A stretch of DNA of 64,000 bases from Tubiluchus corallicola (GCA_030141605.1 JAQGDQ010002390.1:1-64000), one strand, 5' to 3'. Shown: positions 9,179-20,875, numbered from the stretch's first letter. Numbers and translations: made by a program. Notes: a model not told the origin generated them from the sequence alone.

Positions 9179-10260
9179 TATATATCTCCGGACAGACCGT
9201 TAGACGAAACCATAATCGGTATAACACGCTGACCAGAATAAACATACTCCTGACCCAAAACAATAAAACGAACAAAAGAAGGAAGAGACGTTATCCAAAT
9301 TCCCTCCTGCGTATGAGAAACTATATCAATAGGCCAAAACTCCACCTCGTCATGCTCATTTACTGTCCGAACACCTATACGACCCTCATCACTCAAAGTC
9401 AGTAAAGACGGAGAAATAAAATGCGACTCAACCTCATCCAGCATAATAAAAACACGAGCCGTCATACCCTGAAATAAAACTAAATCCGGATTCTCTATAG
9501 AAATCTCAACAAAAACCGTCCGAGTAACCGTCGAACTCTCCCGGGATATGTAAGAAACCTCCCCAGCATGACGAACATCCTCTGAAAGCTCAATATACGC
9601 CCGCTGACCCAGAAAAATCTTCCCGATATCCCTCTCGGAAACAGCAACCCTTATCTTCATAGGATCTAAATCCAAAAGACGAGCAACCGGCTTGCCAACC
9701 TCAATAAAATCACCCTCCTCAACAAAATAATCCTCAATAACAGCATCAAACGGCGCCTTCAATAAACTATACTCAATATCCAACTGAGCCCGCTTTAAAG
9801 CCGCCTGAGCACTGTGAAGCTCCGATAAAGCTAACGCAACATCAGTATCAGAACGAAACTGCTTCTCTGATAACTTCTCCGTAACTTCCCACTCCTGCTG
9901 ACGTAACGACAATAATGAAGAAGCCTGCCGCAAAACTTCCTGACGATCCCGATCATCAAGCTCAACAAGCTTATCTCCACTAAAAACAAGTTGACCCTTC
10001 TGCGCATGCTTCTCAACAATATTACCCATGGTTTGAGACAAAATATTGATATCCCGATTCGCAACTAAAGTCCCAAAAAGCTCACTCGTGCGCTGAAACA
10101 TCCGAGAATCACTCTCTATAACCTGAACAGACGGCAGAGACTCTTCTTTCTCCTCCGAAGCGACAGAATCAGAGGAAGAATCCTTAAAAATATAACCGGA
10201 AGAAACCCAAACAAAAATACCCAAAGCAATAAAAATTGCCGCCACTATCGATCTATTCAT
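9178..10260 (-). CDS. RND efflux periplasmic adaptor (membrane fusion protein)
   Basis: N-terminal TM anchor, helical hairpin, LKAPFDAVI and VEEGDFI lipoyl-like halves, TRT motif. ATG at 10260 preferred over TTG at 10296. Confidence 0.9.
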   Translation of the reverse strand: MNRSIVAAIFIALGIFVWVSSGYIFKDSSSDSVASEEKEESLPSVQVIESDSRMFQRTSELFGTLVANRDINILSQTMGNIVEKHAQKGQLVFSGDKLVELDDRDRQEVLRQASSLLSLRQQEWEVTEKLSEKQFRSDTDVALALSELHSAQAALKRAQLDIEYSLLKAPFDAVIEDYFVEEGDFIEVGKPVARLLDLDPMKIRVAVSERDIGKIFLGQRAYIELSEDVRHAGEVSYISRESSTVTRTVFVEISIENPDLVLFQGMTARVFIMLDEVESHFISPSLLTLSDEGRIGVRTVNEHDEVEFWPIDIVSHTQEGIWITSLPSFVRFIVLGQEYVYSGQRVIPIMVSSNGLSGDI

Positions 10261-10466
10261 CAAAACATAACACCTTGTAAAAAGTATGGGTGGCAAAGAA
10301 GATCAAATACCATCAACCCATCTCACCCCAAATGACCCTTCATGAATTATACGCTAGAAATAAAAAAATAATCGCTTTTAAATTACTAAAAATCATATAT
10401 AGCAAAATATAACCGCTCTGCCAAGCACAACAAACAAAAGACCATATTACCGCCTTTTATATACTA

Positions 10467-11570
10467 TCAGTCATAATTCATCGGAAAAAAAGAAGCCTTC
10501 GGACGAGAACAAGCGCGATTCCGAAGGAAATGATCCGCCAAAACAAGCGCGATCATCGCCTCCCCAACAGGAACAGCGCGGATCCCAACACACGGATCAT
10601 GACGCCCCCGCGTGCGAATATCCACTTCACACCCATCCCTATCAATCGACCGAACTGGCGTCGATATAGAACTCGTCGGCTTTACGGCAAAACGAACAAC
10701 AATATCCTGCCCCGTCGTTATTCCTCCTAAAACACCCCCCGCATGATTAGACAGAAAATAAGGCTCCCCTCCCTGAAGACGAATCTCATCCGCGTTGCTC
10801 TCTCCCTCTAGGGAAGCCACTGAAAAACCATCCCCAACCTCAACAGCCTTAACAGCGGGAATACTCATTAACGCTTTCGCCAAGTCCGCGTCTATCTTAT
10901 CAAAAACAGGCTCCCCAAGACCTGCTGAAATCCCAGAGACAACAAGCTCGATAACCGCGCCAACAGAAGAGCCCCGCTCGCGAATCTCATCCAAATAAGA
11001 CTCCCAAAGTGTAACCGACGCCTCATCCGGGCAAAAAAACGGATTGTCACCACAAACCGACCAATCCCAATTTCCACGATCTATCACCTTATCGCCAAGC
11101 TGAACCAACGCGCCCCGAATCTGAACATCCTCCCCCAAAACCTTACGCGCTACCGCACCCGCCGCAACACGCATCGCCGTCTCACGCGCGCTGGAGCGAC
11201 CGCCCCCTCGCCAATCTCGAATCCCATACTTAACCTGATACGTATAATCCGCATGACCAGGGCGAAAAGAACGTTCCAAATTACTATAATCCCCCGAGCG
11301 AACATCCTCATTCTCAATGAGAATCGCAACAGGCGTCCCCGTCGTCACCCCTTGAAATGTACCCGAGACAATCCGCGCTTTATCCGACTCCTTGCGCAAC
11401 GTCGTATACCGGCTTTTCCCCGGACGACGCGCGTCAAGCCATGGCTGTATATCAGACTCCGTTAAAGGAATTAAAGAAGGAACACCATCAATAACACACC
11501 CTATCGACTCACCGTGACTCTCCCCCCACGTCGTAACAGAAAACAAACGCCCAAAAGAACTTCCCGACAT
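10467..11570 (-). CDS. aroC: Chorismate synthase
   Basis: [35 protein letters not shown]. Confidence 0.98.
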   Translation of the reverse strand: MSGSSFGRLFSVTTWGESHGESIGCVIDGVPSLIPLTESDIQPWLDARRPGKSRYTTLRKESDKARIVSGTFQGVTTGTPVAILIENEDVRSGDYSNLERSFRPGHADYTYQVKYGIRDWRGGGRSSARETAMRVAAGAVARKVLGEDVQIRGALVQLGDKVIDRGNWDWSVCGDNPFFCPDEASVTLWESYLDEIRERGSSVGAVIELVVSGISAGLGEPVFDKIDADLAKALMSIPAVKAVEVGDGFSVASLEGESNADEIRLQGGEPYFLSNHAGGVLGGITTGQDIVVRFAVKPTSSISTPVRSIDRDGCEVDIRTRGRHDPCVGIRAVPVGEAMIALVLADHFLRNRACSRPKASFFPMNYD

Positions 11571-11595
11571 TGAAATACCCTTATGTTAACAATGG

Positions 11596-12417
11596 CTATA
11601 CCGTCGCAATATCTGGCGCATCAGCCGCCTTCATACCCACAAGATGATACCCCGAGTCAACATAATGAACCTCCCCCGTAACACCACTGGAAAGATCGCT
11701 AAGAAGATATAAACCCGACCCAGCAACATCCTCTGCCGTGATATTACGACGCAAAGGCGCGTTATACTCATTCCATTTCAAAATATACCGAAAATCACCA
11801 ATACCTGACGCCGCTAATGTCTTGATAGGGCCCGCCGAAAGCGCATTAATCCTAATCTCTCGCTTGCCAAAATCCTCCGCTAGATAACGAACACTCGACT
11901 CCAACGCCGCCTTGGCAACACCCATAACATTATAATGCGGCATAACACGCTGAGCCCCACCATAGGTCAACGTGACAATACTACTTCCACGATCCAAAAG
12001 ACCAAACGCATCCGCCTGCTGGCATATCAACGTTAAGGAATAACAGGAAATATTCATCGTCATTAAAAAATTATCCAACGACGTATCAACATAACGGCCC
12101 CTTAACTCATTCTTATCGGAAAAACCAATCGCATGAACAATAAAATCTAAACGACCAAACGACTCCGCAAGCGTACGAAAAACTGACTGAACAGACTCAA
12201 AATCCGTAACATCACACGGAAGCACAAGATCAGAACCCACCGACTCCGCAAGCGGCTTCACACGCTTTCCTAGCGTCTCCCCCTGATAGGTGAAAGCAAG
12301 CTCACCCCCATTTTGCGCAATTCCCTGCGCAATACTCCAAGCAATCGAGCGCGTGTTCGCAACGCCCATAATCAAGCCTTTTTTACCTTGCATCAATGCA
12401 TTATTGCCTATATCCAT
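11596..12417 (-). CDS. fabI: Enoyl-ACP reductase FabI
   Basis: GLIMGVANTRSIAW, YNVMGVAKAALE, SAGPIKTLAASGI; fabI-aroC order is typical of alphaproteobacteria. Confidence 0.97.
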   Translation of the reverse strand: MDIGNNALMQGKKGLIMGVANTRSIAWSIAQGIAQNGGELAFTYQGETLGKRVKPLAESVGSDLVLPCDVTDFESVQSVFRTLAESFGRLDFIVHAIGFSDKNELRGRYVDTSLDNFLMTMNISCYSLTLICQQADAFGLLDRGSSIVTLTYGGAQRVMPHYNVMGVAKAALESSVRYLAEDFGKREIRINALSAGPIKTLAASGIGDFRYILKWNEYNAPLRRNITAEDVAGSGLYLLSDLSSGVTGEVHYVDSGYHLVGMKAADAPDIATV

Positions 12418-12695
12418 CAAATAAGTCCCTCTTTAAAAATTTTTCAATCGCACTCATAAATACCTTAAAGCTGAAAATTTAAAAAAATGCCTATACTAGA
12501 GTAACATCCCATACCCTAACTAATCGTTACCATCTTCCTTACAAAAGGACTTCCCGTCCCTCTTTTCTTTCCAGAATCAAGCACTTAAACTAAAATTCAT
12601 CACTTTATATAAATAAATAGCGCCATGGAAAACGCTTCCGATGCGAGTCTTAAAGGTCGTTCATTATCGTTCAGCTTTCAACACTAAACTTATTC

Positions 12696-13760
12696 TCAAC
12701 GTGCTCCATGTAAACAGCCTACAGCCTCCGAGACAGAATTATATCCTTCTTTCTCAATTCGTTCAAGTAATTCACGATTGATTGACTCCACAAGCTCCAA
12801 TCCTGAATAAATAAACGGTGTGTAAAGCTGTAAAAGACTCGCTCCCGCCTTTATTTTCTCCCACGCCGCCTCACCACTGTCAATACCACCAACACCAATT
12901 AATGGTATTTTCCCTTCCGTCAAACGATACATGTCAGACAAAACCCGAGTCGATAAATCAAACAATAACCGACCGCTTAATCCCCCCTCCTCACGCGCGA
13001 CAGGATGATCAACACAACCAGGACGCTGAAGTGTCGTGTTCGTCGCAATAATTCCATCAATACAATAAAGTAACGCCAAGCGCGCAATCGACTCCTTCTC
13101 TCCATCTGACAAATCCGGCGAAATCTTCAAAAGTAAAGGCGCCTTCCTTCCCATCGCACAGACACGATCCCGACAAAATATAAGCTCCTCAAGAAGCCGC
13201 GTAAGAGACTCCTCCTTCTGCAAATCACGCAACCCAGGCGTATTGGGAGAAGAGATATTAATCACCAGATAATCCGCAAAAGGCGCCATAACCTCAACCC
13301 CTTTTCGATAATCCGCAATCGCATCCTCGCTAAGCTTGTTCTTCCCAATGTTAATGCCAACAACGCCAGAACATTTACGAGAATGAAAATTCTTTAAAAA
13401 AACATCAAAACCCTTATTGTTAAAACCCAGACGATTAATAAGACAACGCTCCGAAGACAAACGAAACATACTCGGACGCGGATTTCCCTCCTGCGCCAAT
13501 GGCGTAACCGTCCCCGCTTCCACAAAACCAAACCCTTGCGACAATAAACCGTCAATCACCTGCGCGTCCTTGTCAAACCCCGCCGCGACGCCCACAGGAT
13601 TGCGAAAAGTTAAATCCCATAAAGAAACCTCCAGTTTCGACGAGGAAACAGCCTCTTTAGACGGTAAAAAGCCCCTCTTTAAAACCTCAATCGCCAACCT
13701 GTGAGCAAAATGCGGCGGCACTCTCAACAAAAAAGGCGATATCCATGAATAAAACCCCAC
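12696..13760 (-). CDS. pyrD: Quinone-dependent dihydroorotate dehydrogenase (class 2)
   Basis: NPVGVAAGFDK, INRLGFNN, NISSPNTPGLR, KISPDL, GGLSG; GTG start. Confidence 0.97.
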   Translation of the reverse strand: MGFYSWISPFLLRVPPHFAHRLAIEVLKRGFLPSKEAVSSSKLEVSLWDLTFRNPVGVAAGFDKDAQVIDGLLSQGFGFVEAGTVTPLAQEGNPRPSMFRLSSERCLINRLGFNNKGFDVFLKNFHSRKCSGVVGINIGKNKLSEDAIADYRKGVEVMAPFADYLVINISSPNTPGLRDLQKEESLTRLLEELIFCRDRVCAMGRKAPLLLKISPDLSDGEKESIARLALLYCIDGIIATNTTLQRPGCVDHPVAREEGGLSGRLLFDLSTRVLSDMYRLTEGKIPLIGVGGIDSGEAAWEKIKAGASLLQLYTPFIYSGLELVESINRELLERIEKEGYNSVSEAVGCLHGAR

Positions 13761-13763
13761 CTT

Positions 13764-14561
13764 CTACCTTTCCTCCCCTATACAATCACTAACAGAAAAA
13801 ACCAGCCCATCCCACGCCAACGTTACATGCTCCGGTAATAAAGAGGAAATACTGTCATAATCCATCGAAGGCCCTAAATGCGTCAGAATAACACGCTTTG
13901 GGCGAATTCTCTCAACAAGTGACATCACTTTTCCTAAATAAGCGTGAGTCGGATGCGGCTTTAACGAAAAAGCGCCCACAAGCCAAGTGTCAATCCCTAA
14001 AAGAGCCTCCAATGAAGACGGCGGAAGATCAACAAAATCAGTGCTATAAGCAAATTTCCCAATTCGAAATCCCAAACTTGTAACACGCCCATGATCCTGC
14101 TCAAAAACATCCACAGGAAGAGAGTTGACAAAAAATCGCTCCCCCCCAGAAACAACATGAGGAAGAAGCGTCGGCTTATACCAATTCAAACATCCTTCCG
14201 GCAACGGCGAAAAAGCATAGGCAAACCGACGTCGCAATACAGCCAGTGTCTCCTGATTTAACCAAACATCCAAAGGCTTCCTTAACAGCCTGTTTAAACT
14301 CCTTAAATCATCAATACCATGAGTATGATCCGCATGATCATGCGTAAAAAAAACAGCGTCCACAGACGAAATACGCGCCGATAAAAGCTGTTGGCGCAAA
14401 TCCGGCGAGGTGTCAACAAGAATCGAAGCGTCATCCGTCTCTATAAAAATAGAAGGGCGTAAACGACGATTCTTCGGATTACGCGGATTACACGCTCCCC
14501 ACCCCCCCTCAATAGAGGGCGTCCCCGTCGCGTTCCCACACCCTAAAACCGTAACCTGCAT
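13764..14561 (-). CDS. PhnP-like MBL-fold metallo-hydrolase
   Basis: VLGCG, DTSPDLRQQ, THDHADHTHGIDDLR; conserved metG-tatD-MBL order. Confidence 0.92.
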   Translation of the reverse strand: MQVTVLGCGNATGTPSIEGGWGACNPRNPKNRRLRPSIFIETDDASILVDTSPDLRQQLLSARISSVDAVFFTHDHADHTHGIDDLRSLNRLLRKPLDVWLNQETLAVLRRRFAYAFSPLPEGCLNWYKPTLLPHVVSGGERFFVNSLPVDVFEQDHGRVTSLGFRIGKFAYSTDFVDLPPSSLEALLGIDTWLVGAFSLKPHPTHAYLGKVMSLVERIRPKRVILTHLGPSMDYDSISSLLPEHVTLAWDGLVFSVSDCIGEER

Positions 14562-15355
14562 TATAACGCCTCCGGAAACCGAAAAGACGCCTTGGGAAAA
14601 AGAGCGGAAAAATTAGCCAAAAGCCGCTTTTGAAACACCGAAAACTCCACCCCTCTTAACGCCGCTATATGCGACGCTACATAAGAAACATACGCCGGGC
14701 AATTCGTCTGGCCACGCTTAGGAACAGGCGCTAAAAAAGGCGCGTCCGTCTCCACTAAAATACGATCCAAAGGAGCAGACCGCGCAACAGCCGAAATCTC
14801 CCGCGCAGACGGAAAAGTCACAATCCCCGAAAAAGATAAATAAAATCCCAGCTCTAAAACCGCTTCCGCAAAAGACCGCGTCGAGCTAAAACAATGAATA
14901 AGACAGCTCCTTAATCCCTTGTCATACTCATCTCTCAAAATCTCCAGCATTTTCTCATCCGCGTTGCGTGTATGAACAATCAATGGTAAAGACGATAAAC
15001 GCGCCGCCTCACAATGAACTTTGAAAACACGCTCCTGAATCGCGCGGGGACTCCTGTCATAATGAAAATCAAGACCCGTCTCCCCAATCCCAACCACTTT
15101 CGGATAGGCTAAACAAGACAGAATATCCTCCACACTCACTTCTGAAAATTCCGACGCCATATGAGGATGAATACCAACCGCGCAAAAAATATTCTCAAAC
15201 CTCTCTGCGATCTCAAGAACAAACGGTAACGAATCCAAACGTGTCGCTATAGTCAAAATACCACCCACACCCGCATGAAACGCCTCGTCAACCAACCGGT
15301 CAACATCCTCCCTTAACTCTGGAAAATCAAGATGACAATGACTGTCTATCAACAT
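14561..15355 (-). CDS. tatD: TatD family hydrolase/DNase
   Basis: MLIDSHCHLD, VGIHPH, IGETGLDF, HCFS, ETDAPFL. True start is ATG 15355, right after the metG stop. Confidence 0.95.
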   Translation of the reverse strand: MLIDSHCHLDFPELREDVDRLVDEAFHAGVGGILTIATRLDSLPFVLEIAERFENIFCAVGIHPHMASEFSEVSVEDILSCLAYPKVVGIGETGLDFHYDRSPRAIQERVFKVHCEAARLSSLPLIVHTRNADEKMLEILRDEYDKGLRSCLIHCFSSTRSFAEAVLELGFYLSFSGIVTFPSAREISAVARSAPLDRILVETDAPFLAPVPKRGQTNCPAYVSYVASHIAALRGVEFSVFQKRLLANFSALFPKASFRFPEAL

Positions 15356-15356
15356 G

Positions 15357-16922
15357 TTAATCCTTCCCTCCATCCTCTTTGGATACATAACGCGGAAAAA
15401 CACCCGACGGAACCGGCAAAGACACACCCGCGGAAAGAGCCCCCCTGTCATGAAAATATGCAAAAGAACGCCGCTCCAAAGAAAGACCTAAATAATCCAA
15501 AATCCTCCCGCATGACTCAGGCATATACGGAGAAAGCAAAAGCGTAACCTGACGAATAACCTCCATCAAAACCCACAAAACAACCTCCATACGAGCAGGA
15601 TCCTCCTTCCGTAAACGCCACGGCGCCTCCCGATCAATCCAGGCATTCGCCTCCCGAATCACCTGCCATATTTCCTCCAAAACTTCATGAAAAGCCTGAC
15701 GATCCATCCCACATCTCGCACGAACAAGCAAAGAAGAGGATTCCGCCAAAAGCGCCTCATCCTGACTTAAAAATCTCCCGCCATGATCCGGTATACACCC
15801 TCCGCAATTCTTCTGAACCATCGATAAAACACGCTGACATAAATTACCATAATCATTCGCAAGCTCGCTGTTAATACGCGAAATAATCGCACGATCCGAA
15901 AAATCACCGTCCCTGCCAAACGAAACTTCCCGCAAAAGAAAAAAACGAACCTGATCTAAACCATAACGCTCCACAATTTCAAACGGATCTATCACATTAC
16001 CGACAGATTTCGATATCTTCTGACCATCATTCGTCCACCAGCCATGCGCATAAACCCTCCCAGGAACCTCCAAACCCGCCGCCATTAAAAAAGCCGGCCA
16101 ATAAACAGCGTGAAAACGAACAATATCCTTCCCAACCATATGAAGATCCGCCGGCCAATAGCGCCTGTACATCTCCCCTTTGACATCAGGATAGCCCAAC
16201 GCTGTGATATAATTCGTCAACGCGTCAAGCCAAACATACATAATATGACCCTCGTCACTAGGAACAGGAACTCCCCAACTAAAACTCGTCCGGGAAATCG
16301 AAAGATCCTGCAACCCACCCTTGACAAAATTAACCACCTCATTATAACGACTCTCAGGCAAAATAAAATCCGGACACGACTCATACAACGCCATTAAACG
16401 ATCCTGCCACGCCGATAATTTGAAAAAATAACTCGGCTCCTCCAGCCACTCAACAGGCGCGCCACTGGGCGCCCGTAAAACACCATCTTCCCCCTTCGTT
16501 AATTCCGACTCCGCAAAAAACGCCTCATCACGAATCGCATACCAACCCGAATAAATCCCCTCATAAATATCACCCGTGGCAATAAGACGCTCCCAAAGAT
16601 TCTTACAGGAAATATGATGCCGCTCCTCAGTCGTCCGGATAAAATCATCATGGCTGAAATTCATCACACGCGCCAAATGCCTGAAATTCTCCGATATGGA
16701 ATCCGTAAACTCACGCGGCGTCCTTCCCGCGTCCCGCGCCGACTTCTCTACTTTCTGTCCATGCTCATCCGTGCCCGTTAAAAAAAAGACATCATAGCCA
16801 TCCAAACGCTTAAAACGCGCTAAAACATCACACGCCAAAGTCGTATACGCATGGCCAATATGCGGCTTGTCATTCACATAATATATCGGCGTCGTTACAT
16901 AATAATGCTTATCTAAATCCAT
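15357..16922 (-). CDS. metG: Methionine--tRNA ligase (short form)
   Basis: TTPIYYVNDKPHIGHAY, TGTDEHGQK, GKDIVRFH, KISKS. Confidence 0.98.
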   Translation of the reverse strand: MDLDKHYYVTTPIYYVNDKPHIGHAYTTLACDVLARFKRLDGYDVFFLTGTDEHGQKVEKSARDAGRTPREFTDSISENFRHLARVMNFSHDDFIRTTEERHHISCKNLWERLIATGDIYEGIYSGWYAIRDEAFFAESELTKGEDGVLRAPSGAPVEWLEEPSYFFKLSAWQDRLMALYESCPDFILPESRYNEVVNFVKGGLQDLSISRTSFSWGVPVPSDEGHIMYVWLDALTNYITALGYPDVKGEMYRRYWPADLHMVGKDIVRFHAVYWPAFLMAAGLEVPGRVYAHGWWTNDGQKISKSVGNVIDPFEIVERYGLDQVRFFLLREVSFGRDGDFSDRAIISRINSELANDYGNLCQRVLSMVQKNCGGCIPDHGGRFLSQDEALLAESSSLLVRARCGMDRQAFHEVLEEIWQVIREANAWIDREAPWRLRKEDPARMEVVLWVLMEVIRQVTLLLSPYMPESCGRILDYLGLSLERRSFAYFHDRGALSAGVSLPVPSGVFPRYVSKEDGGKD

Positions 16923-17208
16923 AAAGTCAGCCCCTCTATCCCATTACAAAAATATAACCGCCATATTGCTATAGATGTAAACGTAAATCAATAAAAAGAA
17001 AATACCCATTTATAAGTATAAAGATCACCGCTATACCATAAAATCCGTTAATCATTAATCAATAACAGCGGAAAATACAGTATAAACACAAAAACACCGC
17101 AATACACTCTCGGCAAAACATTGATTTTTTTAGCATACCCGTATAAAAAGAAACACAGACTCCGCAAATAGCAATCAAAAAACGAATCTATAAAGGACAG
17201 AATAACAT

Positions 17209-18402
17209 ATGTATAACGATAAACTCGACGCCTTGACGGACTATCCCTTCCAACGGTTGAATACACTGCTTAAAGATATCTCCCCCCCTCACCATCTCAC
17301 GCCTCACACCCTGTCAATCGGAGAACCTCAGCATACACCCCCGCTTCTTCTGACAGAAACTCTCTCTCAGTATTCCGCCCTCTGGAATAAATATCCCCCC
17401 ACACAGGGAATCCACGAACTAAGAGACGCCATCGTAACATGGATCTATAAACGATACGACATCAATAAATTATCCCTCGATATCAATAATATCATCCCCA
17501 CTTCCGGAACAAGAGAAGCCCTCTTTATGGCCGCTCTCCTTACTATCCCTCACAAAAAAAACAACCAAAAACCCATCGTTCTGCTGCCAAACCCCTTTTA
17601 TCAAGTCTATTACGGCGCCGCCATCATGGCCGGCGCGCAGCCCATACTCCTGTCCGCAACAGCAGAAAATAATTTCCAGACAGACTTCTCAACCCTCCCC
17701 TCAAACATTCTTCAGAAAACTGCCTTGGCCTACCTTTGCTCACCCGCGAACCCACAAGGAATCGCCGCCTGTAGAAAAACGCTCGAAAATAACCTCATCA
17801 CCGCCCAAAAGTATAACTTCACACTCGCCGTCGATGAATGCTACAGCGAAATATGGTATGACACTCCCCCCATCGGAATCGCCAATATCTGCGATCAATT
17901 CGGAATATTCCAAAATATACTGATTTTTAACTCCCTATCAAAACGATCCAGCGCCGCCGGACTGCGATCAGGATTCGTCGCCGGAGACCCCAAACTAATC
18001 GCTCTCTTCACACGCCTTAGAAACTACGGAGGCGCTCCCCTTCCTCTCCCTGTCCAATACGCCAGCGCCGCGCTCTGGAAAGACGAGACACACGTGCAGG
18101 AAAATCGTAAACGCTACCAGCAAAAAATGACACTCGCGCAAAAATATCTCGGCGATATAAACGGATTCCAAAAACCAGACGGAAGCTTCTTCCTATGGCT
18201 GAATGTCGGAAACGGCGAACACTTCACACAAAAACTCTGGCAAAAAAAAGCCGTGAAACTCCTCCCGGGGGAGTATCTCGCTAAAAAAGACGAACATAAC
18301 AATAATCCAGGAACCCCATTTGTCCGAATCGCCCTCGTCCACCAGAACGATCCGCTTGAAAATTCCCTCAGCCGTATCGCAGAACTCTTCCAAAATACAT
18401 AA
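17209..18402 (+). CDS. Class I/II PLP aminotransferase, DapC-like (N-succinyldiaminopimelate aminotransferase)
   Basis: YPFQRL, SIGEPQH, PNPFYQVY, CSPANPQG, DECYSEI, SLSKRSSAAGLRSG; usual neighbour of ftsK. Confidence 0.88.
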   Translation: MYNDKLDALTDYPFQRLNTLLKDISPPHHLTPHTLSIGEPQHTPPLLLTETLSQYSALWNKYPPTQGIHELRDAIVTWIYKRYDINKLSLDINNIIPTSGTREALFMAALLTIPHKKNNQKPIVLLPNPFYQVYYGAAIMAGAQPILLSATAENNFQTDFSTLPSNILQKTALAYLCSPANPQGIAACRKTLENNLITAQKYNFTLAVDECYSEIWYDTPPIGIANICDQFGIFQNILIFNSLSKRSSAAGLRSGFVAGDPKLIALFTRLRNYGGAPLPLPVQYASAALWKDETHVQENRKRYQQKMTLAQKYLGDINGFQKPDGSFFLWLNVGNGEHFTQKLWQKKAVKLLPGEYLAKKDEHNNNPGTPFVRIALVHQNDPLENSLSRIAELFQNT

Positions 18403-18452
18403 GTAAACTATAGAATATAATTTTCATACACAATATTACAGAGAAAATAAAA

Positions 18453-20825
18453 ATGCCCAGAACTAAAACACAAAAACCAAAAAAAATAATCCCCAACAAA
18501 CTAAAAGTCGCCTTAAAGCATTATGGGTTTTACCTCTTTTGTTTTCTCATCACTCTAAGCGCTATCCCCTTGTTTCTCATACTCTTCAGCTATAACGCAA
18601 GCGACCCTTCCCTCAACCAGTCCGCGCCATGGAGCCCGGAAAATATCCTCGGGCAAATCGGCGCAACAACAGCCGATATCCTCATGCAATATATCGGAAT
18701 AGCGTCTTATTTACTCCCTTTTATCCTCTTTACATGGGGATATGAAGGGCTCTTTCTTTCCAAAACACTCAAAAATATCCTCCATTCCATAAAATACCTC
18801 CCCTTCGCCCTCATCAGCTTCAGCGGTCTATGCTCCATCTTCACACCCCAGCAAAGCGCATGGAACGACATCCCCACAGGAATAGGCGGATTCCTAGGAA
18901 TGATGACCTTGCGCATAACAAAGCGACTCTCAGCATTCCTCTCACCAGAATATACAGAGATCACCAGCTTTATCGCCCTGCTGACCCTTTCTCTTATTTT
19001 TATTGTCGCAACCTTCGGACTTCCCCTGAAACAATGGCGCGCCATCCTGAAATTCCTCTGGAAAACACTCATCCTGATATATCGGGTGATCACTTTCCCC
19101 TTTACATTCTTTACCTTAAAAAGTAAAAACATACCCCCAAAGAATGACACCCATAAAGAAAAAACACACACCCTGACAGCTGAACCACAAGAGGACACAA
19201 AAAAAACATCGCTCTTTTTCCCGCAAGCCACACAAGAGGATCAGGAAATCCCTCCCCAAACAATATCCGCAGAAACAAATAGCGCTTCCTGCGCGGAAAA
19301 AACAGAAGCCGCCGCCTCTCCCTATAAACGCCCTTCTTTAACGCTTTTGCACACTCCATCCCTAGAGCAGCAGACACGCTATACAGTCAATAAAGATAGC
19401 CTGCAGCAAACCGCTCAGCAGCTTGAAAATGTCCTCGCCGACTTTAAAGTCGAGGGAAAAATCGTCCAGATACATCCCGGCCCAATCGTAACTCTCTTTG
19501 AACTCGAGCCCGCCCCAGGAACCAAAACCTCCCGAGTTGTCTCCCTAGCAGACGATATCGCGCGCTCCATGAGCGCCATCTCTGTCCGAGTGGCGATCGT
19601 CCCTGGGCGAAACGTCATCGGAATCGAACTCCCTAACCAACAGCGCCAAACCGTCTGGCTACGCGATATCCTAGAATCAACCGCATGGCAGGAAACAAAA
19701 GACTCCCTCTCTCTCGCCCTCGGAAAAGATATCGGCGGCTCCCCAGTCATAACAGACCTGACACAAATGCCTCACCTGCTTGTCGCAGGAACAACCGGCT
19801 CGGGAAAATCCGTCGCTATCAATACCATGATCCTCTCCCTCCTCTACCGACTTTCCCCAGAACAATGCCGCATGATCATGATCGATCCCAAAATGCTGGA
19901 GCTTTCCGTCTATGAAGGAATCCCCCATCTTCTCTCCCCTGTCGTAACACAACCGGAAAAAGCCGTCAAAGCCCTAAGATGGAGCGTCCGAGAAATGGAA
20001 GAGCGATACCAAATGATGGCACTCTTAGGCGTGCGAAACATCACCGGATACAACCAGAAAATACACCATGCCCTGAAAACAGGCGAGGTCTTCGAGCGAA
20101 CAATACAAACCGGCTACGATACTCAGGGGCAACCCCTCTACGAAAAACAACCCCTCCCTATGAAAAAACTCCCCTACATCGTCATTATTATAGACGAAAT
20201 GGCCGACCTGATGCTTGTCGCCGGAAAAGAAATCGAAGCCACCGTACAACGCCTCGCTCAAATGGCACGTGCCGCCGGAATACACCTCATTATGGCAACA
20301 CAAAGACCATCCGTCGACGTCATAACCGGAACCATTAAAGCAAACTTCCCCACGCGAATCAGCTTCCAAGTCACATCAAAAATCGACAGCAGAACAATCC
20401 TCGGAGAACAAGGCGCAGAACAACTTCTAGGGCAAGGCGATATGCTCTATATGCCCGGAGGAAACAGAATCTTCCGCGTACACGGCCCGTTCGTCTCTGA
20501 CCAAGAAGTCGATAAAATCGTCCAAAATCTCAAAACAACAGAACAACCCGACTATCTAGAAGCCATCACACAAGACGACGACTCCGCAAGTAATAATATC
20601 TCCTACGCAGGCGGAAATACATCCAAAGAAGACGAGCTGTACGATAAAGCCGTCGCCATCGTCATACAGGAAAATAAAGCCTCAACAAGCTTTATTCAAC
20701 GACATCTCCAAATCGGATATAACCGCGCCGCACGCATAATCGATAAAATGGAAGCCGAAAATATCATCAGTAAAGCAGACCATGTCGGTAGACGAAAAGT
20801 CCTCCCCTCTTCGGAAAGAAATTGA
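18453..20825 (+). CDS. ftsK: DNA translocase FtsK
   Basis: N-terminal TM domain, PHLLVAGTTGSGKS, IDEMADLM, ATQRPSVDVITG, gamma domain IGYNRAARII. Confidence 0.98.
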   Translation: MPRTKTQKPKKIIPNKLKVALKHYGFYLFCFLITLSAIPLFLILFSYNASDPSLNQSAPWSPENILGQIGATTADILMQYIGIASYLLPFILFTWGYEGLFLSKTLKNILHSIKYLPFALISFSGLCSIFTPQQSAWNDIPTGIGGFLGMMTLRITKRLSAFLSPEYTEITSFIALLTLSLIFIVATFGLPLKQWRAILKFLWKTLILIYRVITFPFTFFTLKSKNIPPKNDTHKEKTHTLTAEPQEDTKKTSLFFPQATQEDQEIPPQTISAETNSASCAEKTEAAASPYKRPSLTLLHTPSLEQQTRYTVNKDSLQQTAQQLENVLADFKVEGKIVQIHPGPIVTLFELEPAPGTKTSRVVSLADDIARSMSAISVRVAIVPGRNVIGIELPNQQRQTVWLRDILESTAWQETKDSLSLALGKDIGGSPVITDLTQMPHLLVAGTTGSGKSVAINTMILSLLYRLSPEQCRMIMIDPKMLELSVYEGIPHLLSPVVTQPEKAVKALRWSVREMEERYQMMALLGVRNITGYNQKIHHALKTGEVFERTIQTGYDTQGQPLYEKQPLPMKKLPYIVIIIDEMADLMLVAGKEIEATVQRLAQMARAAGIHLIMATQRPSVDVITGTIKANFPTRISFQVTSKIDSRTILGEQGAEQLLGQGDMLYMPGGNRIFRVHGPFVSDQEVDKIVQNLKTTEQPDYLEAITQDDDSASNNISYAGGNTSKEDELYDKAVAIVIQENKASTSFIQRHLQIGYNRAARIIDKMEAENIISKADHVGRRKVLPSSERN

Positions 20826-20845
20826 CAGATCGACAAAACCCACGC

Positions 20846-20875
20846 AAAACGCGCTCGTAAAATAAAACGAGCGCG
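20846..20875 (-). terminator. Intrinsic terminator hairpin between convergent ftsK and the EF-G-like gene
   Basis: CGCGCTCGT-AAAATAAA-ACGAGCGCG perfect 9-bp stem (20850..20875), followed by TTTT on the minus strand. Confidence 0.6.

Noticed and set aside
12421-12695. Possible RNA element or gene remnant between pyrD and fabI (weak hairpin near 12543-12566)
   Set aside because: Only a 4-bp GC core and no recognisable ORF or RNA motif.
15356-15463. N-terminal extension of TatD in the ORF track
   Set aside because: Overlaps the metG 3' end; the canonical MLIDSHCH start is at 15355.
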